Origin: Gracilinanus agilis
Lineage: Eukaryota
Direction of reading: 5' to 3'
DNA length: 58,437 nt
Assembly: GCF_016433145.1 (NCBI RefSeq)
Contig: NC_058133.1
Span: 249,842,026-249,900,462 of the forward strand
Below are positions 1 through 10,300 of this stretch, piece after piece. Each line of letters opens with the position of its first letter. Positions within the stretch are counted from its first letter, which is position 1. Both the position numbers and the translations under genes were made by a program. Below the pieces are notes generated by a model, which saw only the letters and a list, made by a program, of their open reading frames with translations, had not been told where the DNA came from and searched no databases.

Positions 1-28
<28 letters not shown>
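1..28. repeat. (GA)n microsatellite at the window edge, upstream of the TRAPPC1 promoter
   Basis: Perfect GA dinucleotide run, truncated by the window start. Confidence 0.95.
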
Positions 29-29
<1 letters not shown>

Positions 30-34
<5 letters not shown>

Positions 35-330
35 AGCGCTAGGTGTGACGGAACCAGGAGAGGTGGAGCCATTCCGGGGTCGTAAGGATCTTCTTCGCGT
101 CACTGAGCTTCTCTATGCAAAAAGAATCGGGGGCGCCGTAAGAACCGGAAGTGGTGGGTGACAGAGAGTTTCCCCTCCCCCCCTGCAGTTCTCTGGTACG
201 CAAGCGCAGAGCCGGGGTGCATTTCTGGTGAGTCCCGGGAACGATGTCCCAGACCGGACGCGGGAATGGGGCAGAATTAGGCTAGTGGAGAGGTTAGAAG
301 GAAGCATCTTAGGGCGGGAGCGGGAAGTGG
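30..330 (+). promoter_or_regulatory. CpG-rich TATA-less TRAPPC1 promoter and non-coding exon 1; probably bidirectional with CNTROB
   Basis: CpG-dense; ETS/GABP motif ACCGGAAGTG at 144-153; donor TTTCTG|GTGAGT (exon ends 227). The CNTROB head-to-head arrangement is inferred from human synteny only, since no CNTROB coding sequence is visible. Confidence 0.65.
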
Positions 331-370
331 GTGCTCCCCGGACTAACTCGGATCCCCACCTCCCCAACAG

Positions 371-3300
371 ATGACTGTGCACAACCTGTACTTGTTTGAT
401 CGAGATGGGGTTTGCCTGCACTACAGCGAATGGCACCGCAAGAAACAGGCGGGGATCCCCAAGGAAGAGGTGACCAGCAGGATACAGGAAGGGAGGGAAT
501 ACTGCAACGCAACCTGCTTTCCTGAAATCTTGCCCCAGCCCCAGCCCCACAACACTTCCCCATTCCCTCCCACTCTGGGCAGAGTGGCCCGGTGAAAAAA
601 CCCTGGGTTTGGTTCGGGCTCTGCCACCAACTCACTTTGCAATCTTTGCCTAGCCATTTTCCCCATTCCCTGCCTCAGTTTCCTCGAGTGAGATTAATTG
701 TTCTGGACCTCAGCTCCCTTTGCTATAAAATGGAAATAATATAATAACCCCACCCCCACCCCAATACAGGGATGTGGTGAGGAAAGTACTTTGTAAGTAC
801 TGCACAATTGTGAAATGTTTGTTGTTATTCCCTGCTTTTGTCAGGAGTACAAGCTGATGTATGGAATGCTCTTCTCCATCCGATCTTTTGTCAGCAAGAT
901 GTCACCTGTGGACATGTATCCTAAGGGTGGGAATGGGGCTTGGACTTCTTTGACTCACGAGAAAAGGATCCTGGAGAAGAAGTTGGCTGACCTTTAAGAA
1001 AATATATCTGGGAATGGGAATAGGACTTAATGGCTGCCCAAATGGAAAAGTGTTAGAACTGGGAAATACCTTTTTTTTTAAACCCTTATTTTGTGTCTTA
1101 GTAACAACTCTGAGACAGAAGGGCAAGGAGTAAGGTCACACAACTTGCCCAGGGTCAGTGTCTGAGGCCAGATTTGAATCTAGAACCTCCCAACTCCAGG
1201 CCTGATGCCCTATCCACTGTGCCAGTTAGTTGCCCCTGGAAAGGAATTCTAATATCCTAGCTAGGATAGAGGATTTTTTTTTCCCGACAACTACAGTATG
1301 AGTCAAAGGATGGGAGAGAAAGTAAGATATTTCTACCCTATTCTACACAGTTCTTGTAAAAGTGAGTATTTTTTTAGAAGAAAATGTGGGTTCAAGTCCT
1401 GCCTCAGACACATACTAGCTTTGTGACCACGAGCAAGTCTCTTAACCTCATAGTACCCAGGCAACTTTCTAAGATGATAAGTTACAAGCTAATTACAGAT
1501 TTGCATCAAGGAAAGAAGTTTTTACATGAGGTGTACCTATAGCAATGAAATCATAAGTCCAGACCAAATTTGTTCCTTAACATCCATTCTGCAGGAAAGA
1601 TGGATTCCTGGCCTTCCAGACAAGTCGCTACAAGCTCCATTACTATGAGACACCTACTGGGGTCAAGGTTGTAATGAACACAGACCTGGGCGTAGGGCCC
1701 ATTCGGGATGTCCTGCACCATATCTACAGTGGGGTCAGTGTATCCTCTGTCTTTCCCCTGTCAACAATCCCAAATTCCCCTTATAACTCTTGTGGCCTCA
1801 GCTCAAGATTCTCCAATCTATTGGTCTTTTGTGGTATAAATATCTGGAAAGATGATCAATCCATAGAACATTTATTAAGCATTTACAGTTTGCCAGAAAC
1901 TGTGCACACAAAGTGCAAAGGTAAAAATGAAGTGGTCCAAGCCTTCAAAGAAAAATCAGAGAAAGGTCTCTGGCAAGTTGGGCAGATCATTTGGAAAGGA
2001 TATATAGGATTCTTTGGGTAAGCATAGCACAGAATTAGAAAGCATAGTTGAGCCAGTGGAAGGAATTCCTACATCAATGAAAGTCCAACTGCTAGAATAC
2101 ACTGAAATATTGAAGTATGATAGGGCTTGGTCACAGCATACTTAAAAGATAGATTTTATTGGGATAGGCACTCTCCTCACAAATTGTCACACCTCCACAC
2201 CTTAATAGATATTTTCTCATGAACTACTATAGCTAAAGAGTTATCACTTAGTAGCCAAACCTCTCCAGAATTAGTGAAGCTTGTCCTCAAATCATGGCCA
2301 TATAGTTCAAACTGTTAATCAAAGTCTTTCCAACTTGGCAGGATCTAGCAGTATGTGTTCTGCTAGCATAGCTTCCAAAAAAACGAGGTCTCAGAAGGCT
2401 GATCACAACATATTAATTACATAGTTGCAAAATGTTGGTCAAGGTGGAAAGTTGTTGATTGGTTGAAAAGGACTCTTTCATTTTCATCTTTGCACTTATA
2501 GTAGGTACTTAAATAATGCTATGTCAATTGATCATTTTTCCATGTTGTTGGTGCCAGATTTGTGCTGTCCTTATATTATGTTATGACAGTCCCATCTCCC
2601 TTTCCAGTCTTAAGAGTCAACAAGTATTTATTAAGCTCCAGGTACTACATTAGGTATTGGGTATGTAAATGTAATAATATATATCTGCACCTTTATATTA
2701 TACTAGGAGGATATAATCCATTCAGAGATAAGGATATACAAGACATTTACAGTGAATGGTAGGGGCAGGAATGGGCATTAACAAGGGGGAGAATCAAGAA
2801 AATCTCATGAAGGATGAGGTATTTGAACTGAGCCTTGAAGGGAGCTGGGAGTTCCAAGAAGTGGGAATGAGAAAAGACACTTCAGAAATAAGATAATAGT
2901 CTTTCAAAAGGCATGGAGGTAGGAGATTGAATATTGTGTAAGGGGAGCAGCAAGCTGACTAGTTTGACTAGAATATAGAACATGTAAGAGTGATATGTAA
3001 TCAGCCAGGAAAGAGAGGCTGGAGTCACTTTGCGAAGGACTTTAAATGCTAAATAGGAGTTTGCATGTAGCTTTAAGACAGTGTGGGAGCATTCAAGTTT
3101 CCAGAGCAGAGGAAATCTCATATGATCAGACTTCAGTAATATAATTTCTGCAGCTGCATTAAGAATGAATTAGAGGGGGCAGCTGGGTGACTCGGTGGAT
3201 TGAGAGTCAGGCCTAGAGACAGGAGGTCTTAGGTTCAAATCTGGCCTCAGACACTTCCTAGCTGTGTGACCCTGGGCAAGTCACTTGACCCCCATTGCCT

Positions 3301-6201
3301 AGCCCTTACCACTCCTCTGCCTTGGAGCCAATACACAGTATTGATACCAAGACTGAAGGTAGGGGTTTAAAAAAAAAAAAAAAAAAGGAATGAATTAGAC
3401 ATCTTGAAGTGGGAATGACAAGTCTTGGCAACTGATTGGATATGAGACAGGGTGAATGAGACTGAAGAATTGAAGCAGGCTCTTCGGTGGTAAATCTAGA
3501 TGGTTGGAACAGTGGTAGTACCTTTCATAGAAATTGGGATGTTAAGAGGAAGGGAATATTTGGATAGAGAGATAATGCATTCTGTTTTGGAGGTGTTGAA
3601 GTTGAAATGCCTATGTGATATCTAGCTGAAGATCCCCAGCAGGCAGTTGGCGATTCCAGGGCTCTTTACTTTAAAATCCATTGGCTCTTTTTTTTTAAAC
3701 CACTTACTAACTGCTAATCACTCCTTCATCCTGGATACTTTTTCTCTCTGGTTTTCTGCCTGTCAGTCCACTGCTTTTTGGATTCCTCTGCAAACTTAGC
3801 ATCATATCCTGCTTGCTATGCATGGGTAAATCACGGTATACTTCTTCTCAATATACTCTTGTTGATCATATCAGCTTCCTATCATCTCTTTACAAATGAT
3901 TTCCAAATCTAAATATTTCCCACTGGACATTTCCAGCTGGCTTTTCCATTGGCACTAAATAAACTCAATATGACCAAAATGGAACTCATCTTTCCCCCGA
4001 AATCACTAAGGATGTCATGTTGAGTTTGTCACCATTTTTCTAGTCACTAACCTTTCAACTAGATGTCAGTCTTGATTTCCATAGACATCTGAAACCCACC
4101 ATGCCCAAGACAGTTTGAAAATTTCAGTGAGGACAGATAATGGCATTAGGATAATACATTGCCTTATGTCCCTTATGCATCCCTTATGCCACTTTTTGCA
4201 TATAGTTTACTGAAAGTATTTCAACCTACTTGTAAAGCCCCATAATGTCATATACAAGTCTCAATTATAGAAGCTGGTGTTTGACCCTTAACATCAACTT
4301 CTGAGACGGCCCATTTACCATCAGTCAACAAGCATTATCTCTGCTATGTGCTAAGGGGCAGCTAAATGGAGCAGTGGATAAAGTGCTCGGCCTGGAGTCA
4401 GGAAGACTCATCTTCCTGAGTTCAAATCTGGCCTCAGACACTTAGCAGCTTTGTAACCCTGGGCTCACTTCACACTCAGTTTCCTCATCTATGAAATGAG
4501 CTGGAGAAGTCAATGGCAAGCCACTATAATAAGTTTGCCAAGAAAATGACAAATGGGGTCACAAAGAGTCAGACAAGACTAAAAAAATGACTGAACAACA
4601 AAAACATGCCAAGCACTGTGCAAAATGCTAGGGATGCAAATGTAAAAGTGAAAAAAATTCTTAGAAAATAGTTTACCCCTAAGGAGACTACATTATATGA
4701 GAGGAAACAAGTACCTGTATAAGTAGATAAAAATACATACATATATGTGTATATATGCATGTATGTAAAATACACATATGTGTATATATATGTGTGTGTG
4801 TATATAGTAAACATAAGCTAATATTAGGAAAGGAGAGCCTCTGGGAGTAAAGGGGATGATAATATTAGGAAAGGTCTCACAGAGGAGGAGGAATAGTTGC
4901 TTGAGCAGAGAGCATGTGCATGGCAGACAACCTGGGCAAAGGGAGGTAAGAGGTAGAATGTTATGAGATAGCGTGGAGTGGCCGAGCAGCAGAGCAGAGC
5001 ATGAAGGGAAGTGATGTGGAATCAATCTGGAAAAGTAAGTCAGAATCAGACTGAATAACAGAGTTTGGTCAGACCTATGTAGAGGATAGAGTGGAGAAGA
5101 AAGATTTATGAGATGGTTGTTGCTTAGTTAGGGTTTTCTTGGCAAAGATATTGGAATCATTTGCCATTTTCTTCTCCAGTTCAATTTATAGGTGAGGAAA
5201 CTGAGGCAAAGAGGGTTAAGCAATTTGCCCAAAGTCATACAGCTAGTCTGAGGTCAAATTTGAATTCAGGTCTTCTTGACTCCAGGAGAGCCCTTTATGC
5301 ACTTAGCTGCCCTGTTAGAAGATAAGGAGGCCAATCAAGAGCCTATTAGGATAACCCAGACTATCAATGAGGAAGGGCCTGAACTAGAGCTATGTAGATG
5401 GAGAGAAGAAAATGCATTGGAGAGATGTTATGGAAGTTGGAATGGGAGAGGCAACAACTAATTGAATGTGAGGGCTTAAGGATAGTGAAGAGCAGAAGAT
5501 ACTTTTAAAGTTGTGAACCTGAATGACCAGTTAGGTGGTGGCTTTGTTCATGTGGTATTAATGATAATATCTATATTGGAATATCAGCGGTTCCCTAAGT
5601 CTCCCCACAGTCCTTTGGAGCTCAATAACTGCTGTAGACCAGTTTTTCCAAGTTATCACAGGGTCCCTGGCTTTATTGTATTTGAACTTGAGTCCAAATC
5701 CTGCCCTAACATTTACTAAGTCTGTGACCTTGGCCAAGTTACTTAACCTCTATCTGCTCCAGTTTCCTTCTTTGTAAAATGGGGGTAATAATAGCACCTA
5801 CTTCACAGGGATATTATAGGATCAAATGAGATAATATTTGTAAAGTGCTTTGCAAGCCTTAGTGTTCTATAAATGCTAGCTATTGTGGTTATTATTGTAC
5901 CTGCAGTATGAGTAGTAATATTTCACTCCAATTCCCTCACAATTTGGGGAGAAGGAGAAGTGAAAGAAAGAATGGGGATTTAAGGGGAGGGGCAGACCAG
6001 AGCCTTTTTCTGCCCTCTCTTTCCCCCCTAATTTGTCTCTCCCCGCTCCCCACCTCCTTTCTTCTTCCATAGCTGTACGTGGAGTTGGTAGTGAAGAATC
6101 CTCTGTGCCCGCTGGGTCAGACTGTTCAAAGTGAACTTTTTCGCAGTCGGCTTGACACCTACGTCCGATCGCTACCCTTCTTCTCTGCCCGGGCTGGCTG
6201 A
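371..6201 (+). CDS. TRAPPC1: Trafficking protein particle complex subunit 1 (Bet5 homologue), 145 aa
   Basis: Coding exons 371-469, 845-915, 1595-1733, 6073-6201, all GT-AG, 438 nt in frame. Translation MTVHNLYLFDRDGVCLHYSEWHRKKQAGIPKEE|EYKLMYGMLFSIRSFVSKMSPVDM|KDGFLAFQTSRYKLHYYETPTG...HIYSG|LYVELVVKNPLCPLGQTVQSELFRSRLDTYVRSLPFFSARAG* is near-identical to mammalian TRAPPC1. Confidence 0.98.
916..1594 (+). other. U12-type (minor spliceosome) GT-AG intron in TRAPPC1
   Basis: 5' splice site GTATCCTAA at 916; perfect U12 branch site TTCCTTAAC at 1573-1581, about 14 nt before the AG; weak polypyrimidine tract. Confidence 0.85.
1071..1236 (-). mobile_element. Marsupial tRNA-derived CORE-SINE (SINE1/SINE2_Mdo-like)
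   Basis: Poly-T tail at 1071, core ...tctgaggccagatttgaa..., ends ttgcccc (reverse of the GGGGCAGCT 5' end). Confidence 0.8.
2750..3660. mobile_element. Old L2 LINE fragment(s), interrupted by a SINE
   Basis: L2-like motifs such as gtatttgaactgagccttgaagg and ttctgttttggaggtgttgaagttgaaatgcct. Recognised by eye, boundaries approximate. Confidence 0.55.
3175..3386 (+). mobile_element. Young full-length SINE1_Mdo-like element with target-site duplication
   Basis: Starts GGGGGCAGCTGGGTG, has the core GGTTCAAATCTGGCCTCAGACACTTCCTAGCTGTGTGACCCTGGGCAAGTCACTT and an A18 tail; 12-bp TSD GAATGAATTAGA at 3163-3174 and 3388-3399. Confidence 0.92.
4355..4604 (+). mobile_element. MAR1-like marsupial SINE
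   Basis: GGGGCAGCT 5' end, CORE domain, and MAR1-type 3' end (gccaagaaaa...ggggtcacaaagagtcagacaagact...gaacaacaaa). Confidence 0.8.
4735..4806. repeat. (TA/TG/CA)n low-complexity tract
   Basis: atacatacatatatgtgtatatatg...tgtgtgtgtatata. Confidence 0.85.
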
Positions 6202-6449
6202 GAATGGCATTCCCCTAGAAAGACATCTGTATTCGTTCTAGATCGTCCTGTTTGCTTGCGTCACCCAAAGAGCCTTCCACTCCTCCTCAGCCCTGTTCCG
6301 AAGCGGCTCCTCGAGGGAATACAGGACTGAATTCCCCTCCAGATCCCTTACGCTCTCTTTCCTTCCGATGCTCTAATCCCACCTAGGCTACACCACCCTC
6401 CCTCAATCCCTCCAGGCCCCTATCTTGCAGTTTATTGAGAAAAGCGGAG

Positions 6450-6455
6450 AATAAA
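6450..6455 (+). terminator. TRAPPC1 polyadenylation signal AATAAA
   Basis: About 250 nt after the stop codon, followed by a GT/G-rich downstream region. Confidence 0.8.
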
Positions 6456-6677
6456 ACTTTCATCTGTCTGAAGTCTCCGGGAGCATCAGTGTTAGAGGGA
6501 AGGTGTTTTGTGAGGCTACAGAGGGGAGGGGGAGGCTCAGGGTACCAAACCACCCTTGAGTGGGTGGGTGGGTGGGTGGGTGGCAGGTCCTCTAAAGGAG
6601 GAAGGACGGAGTCTCCTTTTTCCTTCTCCGGTGAGGAGGCCGGGTCATGCAGATGAGGCTTCCACTGCCTCCTGTCT

Positions 6678-6748
6678 GCAGACTGGGGAGGTGGAGCTTG
6701 TGTGCAGACTGAGGAGGTGGAGCTTGTGTGCCGCCTGGGGAGGTGGAG
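6678..6748. repeat. 26-bp GC-rich tandem repeat, about 2.7 copies
   Basis: Units GCAGACTGGGGAGGTGGAGCTTGTGT (6678), GCAGACTGAGGAGGTGGAGCTTGTGT (6704), GCCGCCTGGGGAGGTGGAG (6730). Confidence 0.9.
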
Positions 6749-7347
6749 ATAAAGCTATGCAGATGAGGGGTGGGGGATATGCAGATGACCTAAGAGCAGT
6801 TGCAGGCTGGAAGCAGAACCCCCTCGGGTTGCGGTTTGGGCTGCTGCGGCTACACCTCTCCCCTCTTCCCTTCCTCCCCCCCCCCCCGGGGGTTCCTTGT
6901 CCTCCGAGGACCTCCTCGGAGACTTGGAACCCCAACCCCCTGACTCCTCTAGCTCCTGTGCCAGTTCTCCGGCACCCCAAAACAATTCCCACTTCTAGCA
7001 CATCCCCATTTGTCCCCCCAATCCCCGGAACCTGCTTCCACCAACCTAACTCCTGGGCCCCTCCTGTTTACACTCTACCCTCCATGTTCCCCTCCCTGGG
7101 TTGGCTCCAGCCACCACTCCATCTCTGGTCCTTCTGGTCTCCTCACCTCGTTCCCCAGGCTTCGCAGAACCCTGAATCTAGAGGACCTTCACCTCCCCTG
7201 GTTTGTCCCCTCCTGGCCTGCCCTCAGCCGCGTCCTGTCATACCTCCATCCTCTCTTCTCCCATTTCTTCCCTAGTCCTTTCTGCCCTCTTCTCAGAATC
7301 ACCCCCGATTCCTCGAGGATCCCATTTTTCTTCCGTCCTGAGCCAGG

Positions 7348-10300
7348 ATGCAGGTGTCCATCGCTTGCACTGAGCAAAACCTCCGCAGCAGGAGCAGTGA
7401 GGACCGTCTGTGTGGACCCCGACCTGTCCCTGGGGGCGGGAACGGCAGTGGAGTGACCAGCAGTTACGGGAACCCTTCAGGGGGAGGGGGACCCGGCTCC
7501 AAGGCCCGGGCTGTGCCAGTCGCGCGACCCCTGGGTCCCCCAGCTGTGACCCACTCTGGGCCCCTACGAGAGAGCACCGGCCGCGGCACCAGCATGAAGT
7601 ACAGGTACCAGAGGAGGGGGCCAGACCCCAGCACCTCTTTTGCGGTGTCCCCCCCCCCCCCGCTTTAGCGACCCCTCCTCATGCCCCCTAAGCATCCTAC
7701 ATTCATTATCCTAGACTCCTCAAATCTCACCAAGAATACCCCAAGTCCTTACTTATATCTATCCCCATCTCTTTTTCACTTTCCCTCACCTTGACTGTCT
7801 CTTGTTCTCCATCTCCAGCTCTTTTGAGAAACAGTTAAGTTGTTAGGGTTCACTGTGTCCTGCCTTGTAGCGTCCCCCACTCTCGGCTCCCCCCAAAAAG
7901 GGTCCTGAGGTTGCATTTAGAGGTTGTTTAAGGTGGGTCTATTCCTACCACCCAGTCACCCCCCTTTGCTTTCCATCCATATCCATCGCATGCCTAGAAT
8001 TGGCAGCGGGGCTCTCCAGCCTCCTGATTGTTATTAAATGAATGATGGATTTGACCCAATTACACTGACAGTCCCCACCCCAATGACCCCTGACTTCAGA
8101 GTCCTCTACTTTTTCAGGCAGATGAAATGACCCTAGCCAAGGAGAGGTTAGAAAAGAACTTAAGCTACCAAAGGAATTTGCAGAACTATGGGGAGAGCAA
8201 AGGGGGCTTTGAAAGAGGTTGTGGGGAGGGACTGATACTGTATATAAAGTGAAGCAATAAGTTGGAACCTCACCCCATACAACATCGGAGCTCTCCCTAT
8301 CCCCTCCATTCCAGAAGAAATTGATGGAGTTTCTTAATAAACAGAAAAGGGATTGTATCCTGTCCTGGGGTGGAGTGGTGAGGTTAGTAATCTGGCCAGG
8401 GTTTTGTCACCTAAAGAACCAGATCTCTCACCCTATCTCACCCCACCCCCACCCTTTCTCATTCCCTGGGAGCTAAATTATCCTGAAACTTTAGGGTAGA
8501 GGGGAAGAGAGGAGAGGGTTCAGATGGGTCTGGGAAGAAGTTTCACTAGCCAATGGGAATAGGAGAGGGGCTGGGCTTCCTTGTTACCTTTGTTACCTGT
8601 CTTGATGTTTTAAGAAAAATTCCTTCTGACAGACAACCATCTGCCTAAGGGATTGAAGGGGACTAATAATTTATCAAACTTGTATCCTCCTATTCTGACA
8701 AGCATTTAGGGATTGTTAGGGATGGGGAAGGTCCTAGGGTTCCCTTCTTAATTTTTCACCAACCACAGCCCCAATTTACTAAATCCTCCTGGAGATAGCT
8801 CACCCTCCTCATTATTTCTTCCCCCTCCAGATTAACTATCCCTCCTATTCCTTCTCTAACCCCAAAACCCTAGCCCAAATGTGACAACCTAACACTGACC
8901 AGATCTCATACAGGGAAAACCATGAATATGGCTGTGAGAAGAGACATAAGAGTCAAGAGAAACCAGGCAGCAGATTTTAATGATAACAGGGAAAACAGAA
9001 ATTGCGCAGCAGGCCCCAAAGGAAGGTTCATTAATTCATTCAACAAATATTTGAGTGTCTATAGCCTACAGACAGCACTATTCTCCTCAGAGATGGGTTT
9101 GCCAGGGGACGTTTGTATGTGGGGAGAGAGGAACATGTTCAAGGAGGCAAAGAGCTTAGAGAGGTTATTATTTAGATCTCCAAGGGGAACTGAAGGTGAA
9201 AGTCCTTCAACTGACTCCTCTTTATCCCACAGAAACTTGGGAAAGTCTGGTCTTCGTGTATCCTGTCTTGGACTTGGTGAGTTTGTTTAATGGGAAATGA
9301 AAGGATGAAGAGGGTACAAGGGTAAAGGTTTTCAGAAACCTTATCTCTCACAGCCCCCATGTCCCTGGATTTTCTTTCTGCAGGTACCTGGGTCACATTT
9401 GGGTCTCAGATCTCAGATGAGGTATAAATGTCTCCAATCCGAAAAGACAGATGGGAGGAATGAAGAAGATGGAGGGAAGAGGGTGGGGGAAATGGAAAGA
9501 TGGAATAGGATTTTGGAGGGGATAATTTTTGGGGGGTGGGCCACAGAAAGGAATATAATGGATATGGAAAATGGAGGAGGGGACTAATGGAACTGAGGTT
9601 AGGAAAAGGGGAAGGTAGAAAAAAATAGAGGGGGGAGAAATGGAATGGTGGTATTATGGTTGAAGACTCACAGCACTTAGAAGTCTCTTGGAATCTGGGG
9701 GGCTGAGGATGGTAAGAAAACCATTGGAAAGGTGAGTAATCTTAACTCTGTCCACCTCAACATACTCATCCCTAGACAGCAGAGAATCTGATGACTGTGG
9801 CATATGAACATGGAGTGAATCTGTTTGACACAGCTGAGGTGTATGCAGCAGGAAAGTATGAACCAGGGAAAAGGGAGAGGGTATGAGTTAGTGGGGTATG
9901 AGATAGTGGGAGGAGAGTTGGGAATAGAGAAGAAAAGAGGTTCTCTCATTTTTGCTTCAGGAAATCCCTGGATCAAGTAAACATTTGCCTCTCCCATCAT
10001 GTTGGGCCATTGAGGGGACCCAGAGAAATATGAATATTGAAACACCAACAGTATTCTATGTTTAACTCTTAAGTGAGCAAGAGATATAGGCAAAACAAAA
10101 TAAAAACAATACTGAACACCAAGTATGTGAAGGAAACGCCATGGGGGCTACAAGGATCCTTGCCCTCAAGAAGTTTAGGGTTCCATTGGAGAGACAAGAC
10201 TGAAAATGTAGTTAGCAAGATTTATAATCTTTCAATACCAGCAAAAGAAGGAATGTTACATGGCAATATATTTCTAAATGACGAAGACAATAATTCATGT

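Noticed and set aside
113-666. Minus-strand ORFs over the TRAPPC1 promoter, considered as CNTROB coding sequence
   Set aside because: No resemblance to centrobin; these are antisense to TRAPPC1 exon 2 and the CpG island.
3175-3260. tRNA genes
   Set aside because: The A/B-box-like motifs belong to tRNA-derived SINE heads; no cloverleaf found.
7420-7445. Possible REST/RE1 site in KCNAB3 exon 1 (and a half-site at about 14412)
   Set aside because: Only half-site matches to TTCAGCACCNNGGACAG; too degenerate to support.
6556-7456. Several long ORFs (239, 148, 118 aa) upstream of KCNAB3
   Set aside because: Pro/Gly-rich translations of a GC-skewed promoter region; no homology recognised.
9700-9740. 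Strong donor-like AAG|GTGAGT inside KCNAB3 intron 3
   Set aside because: No convincing matching acceptor or frame-compatible exon found; it lies only about 45 nt from the real exon-4 acceptor.
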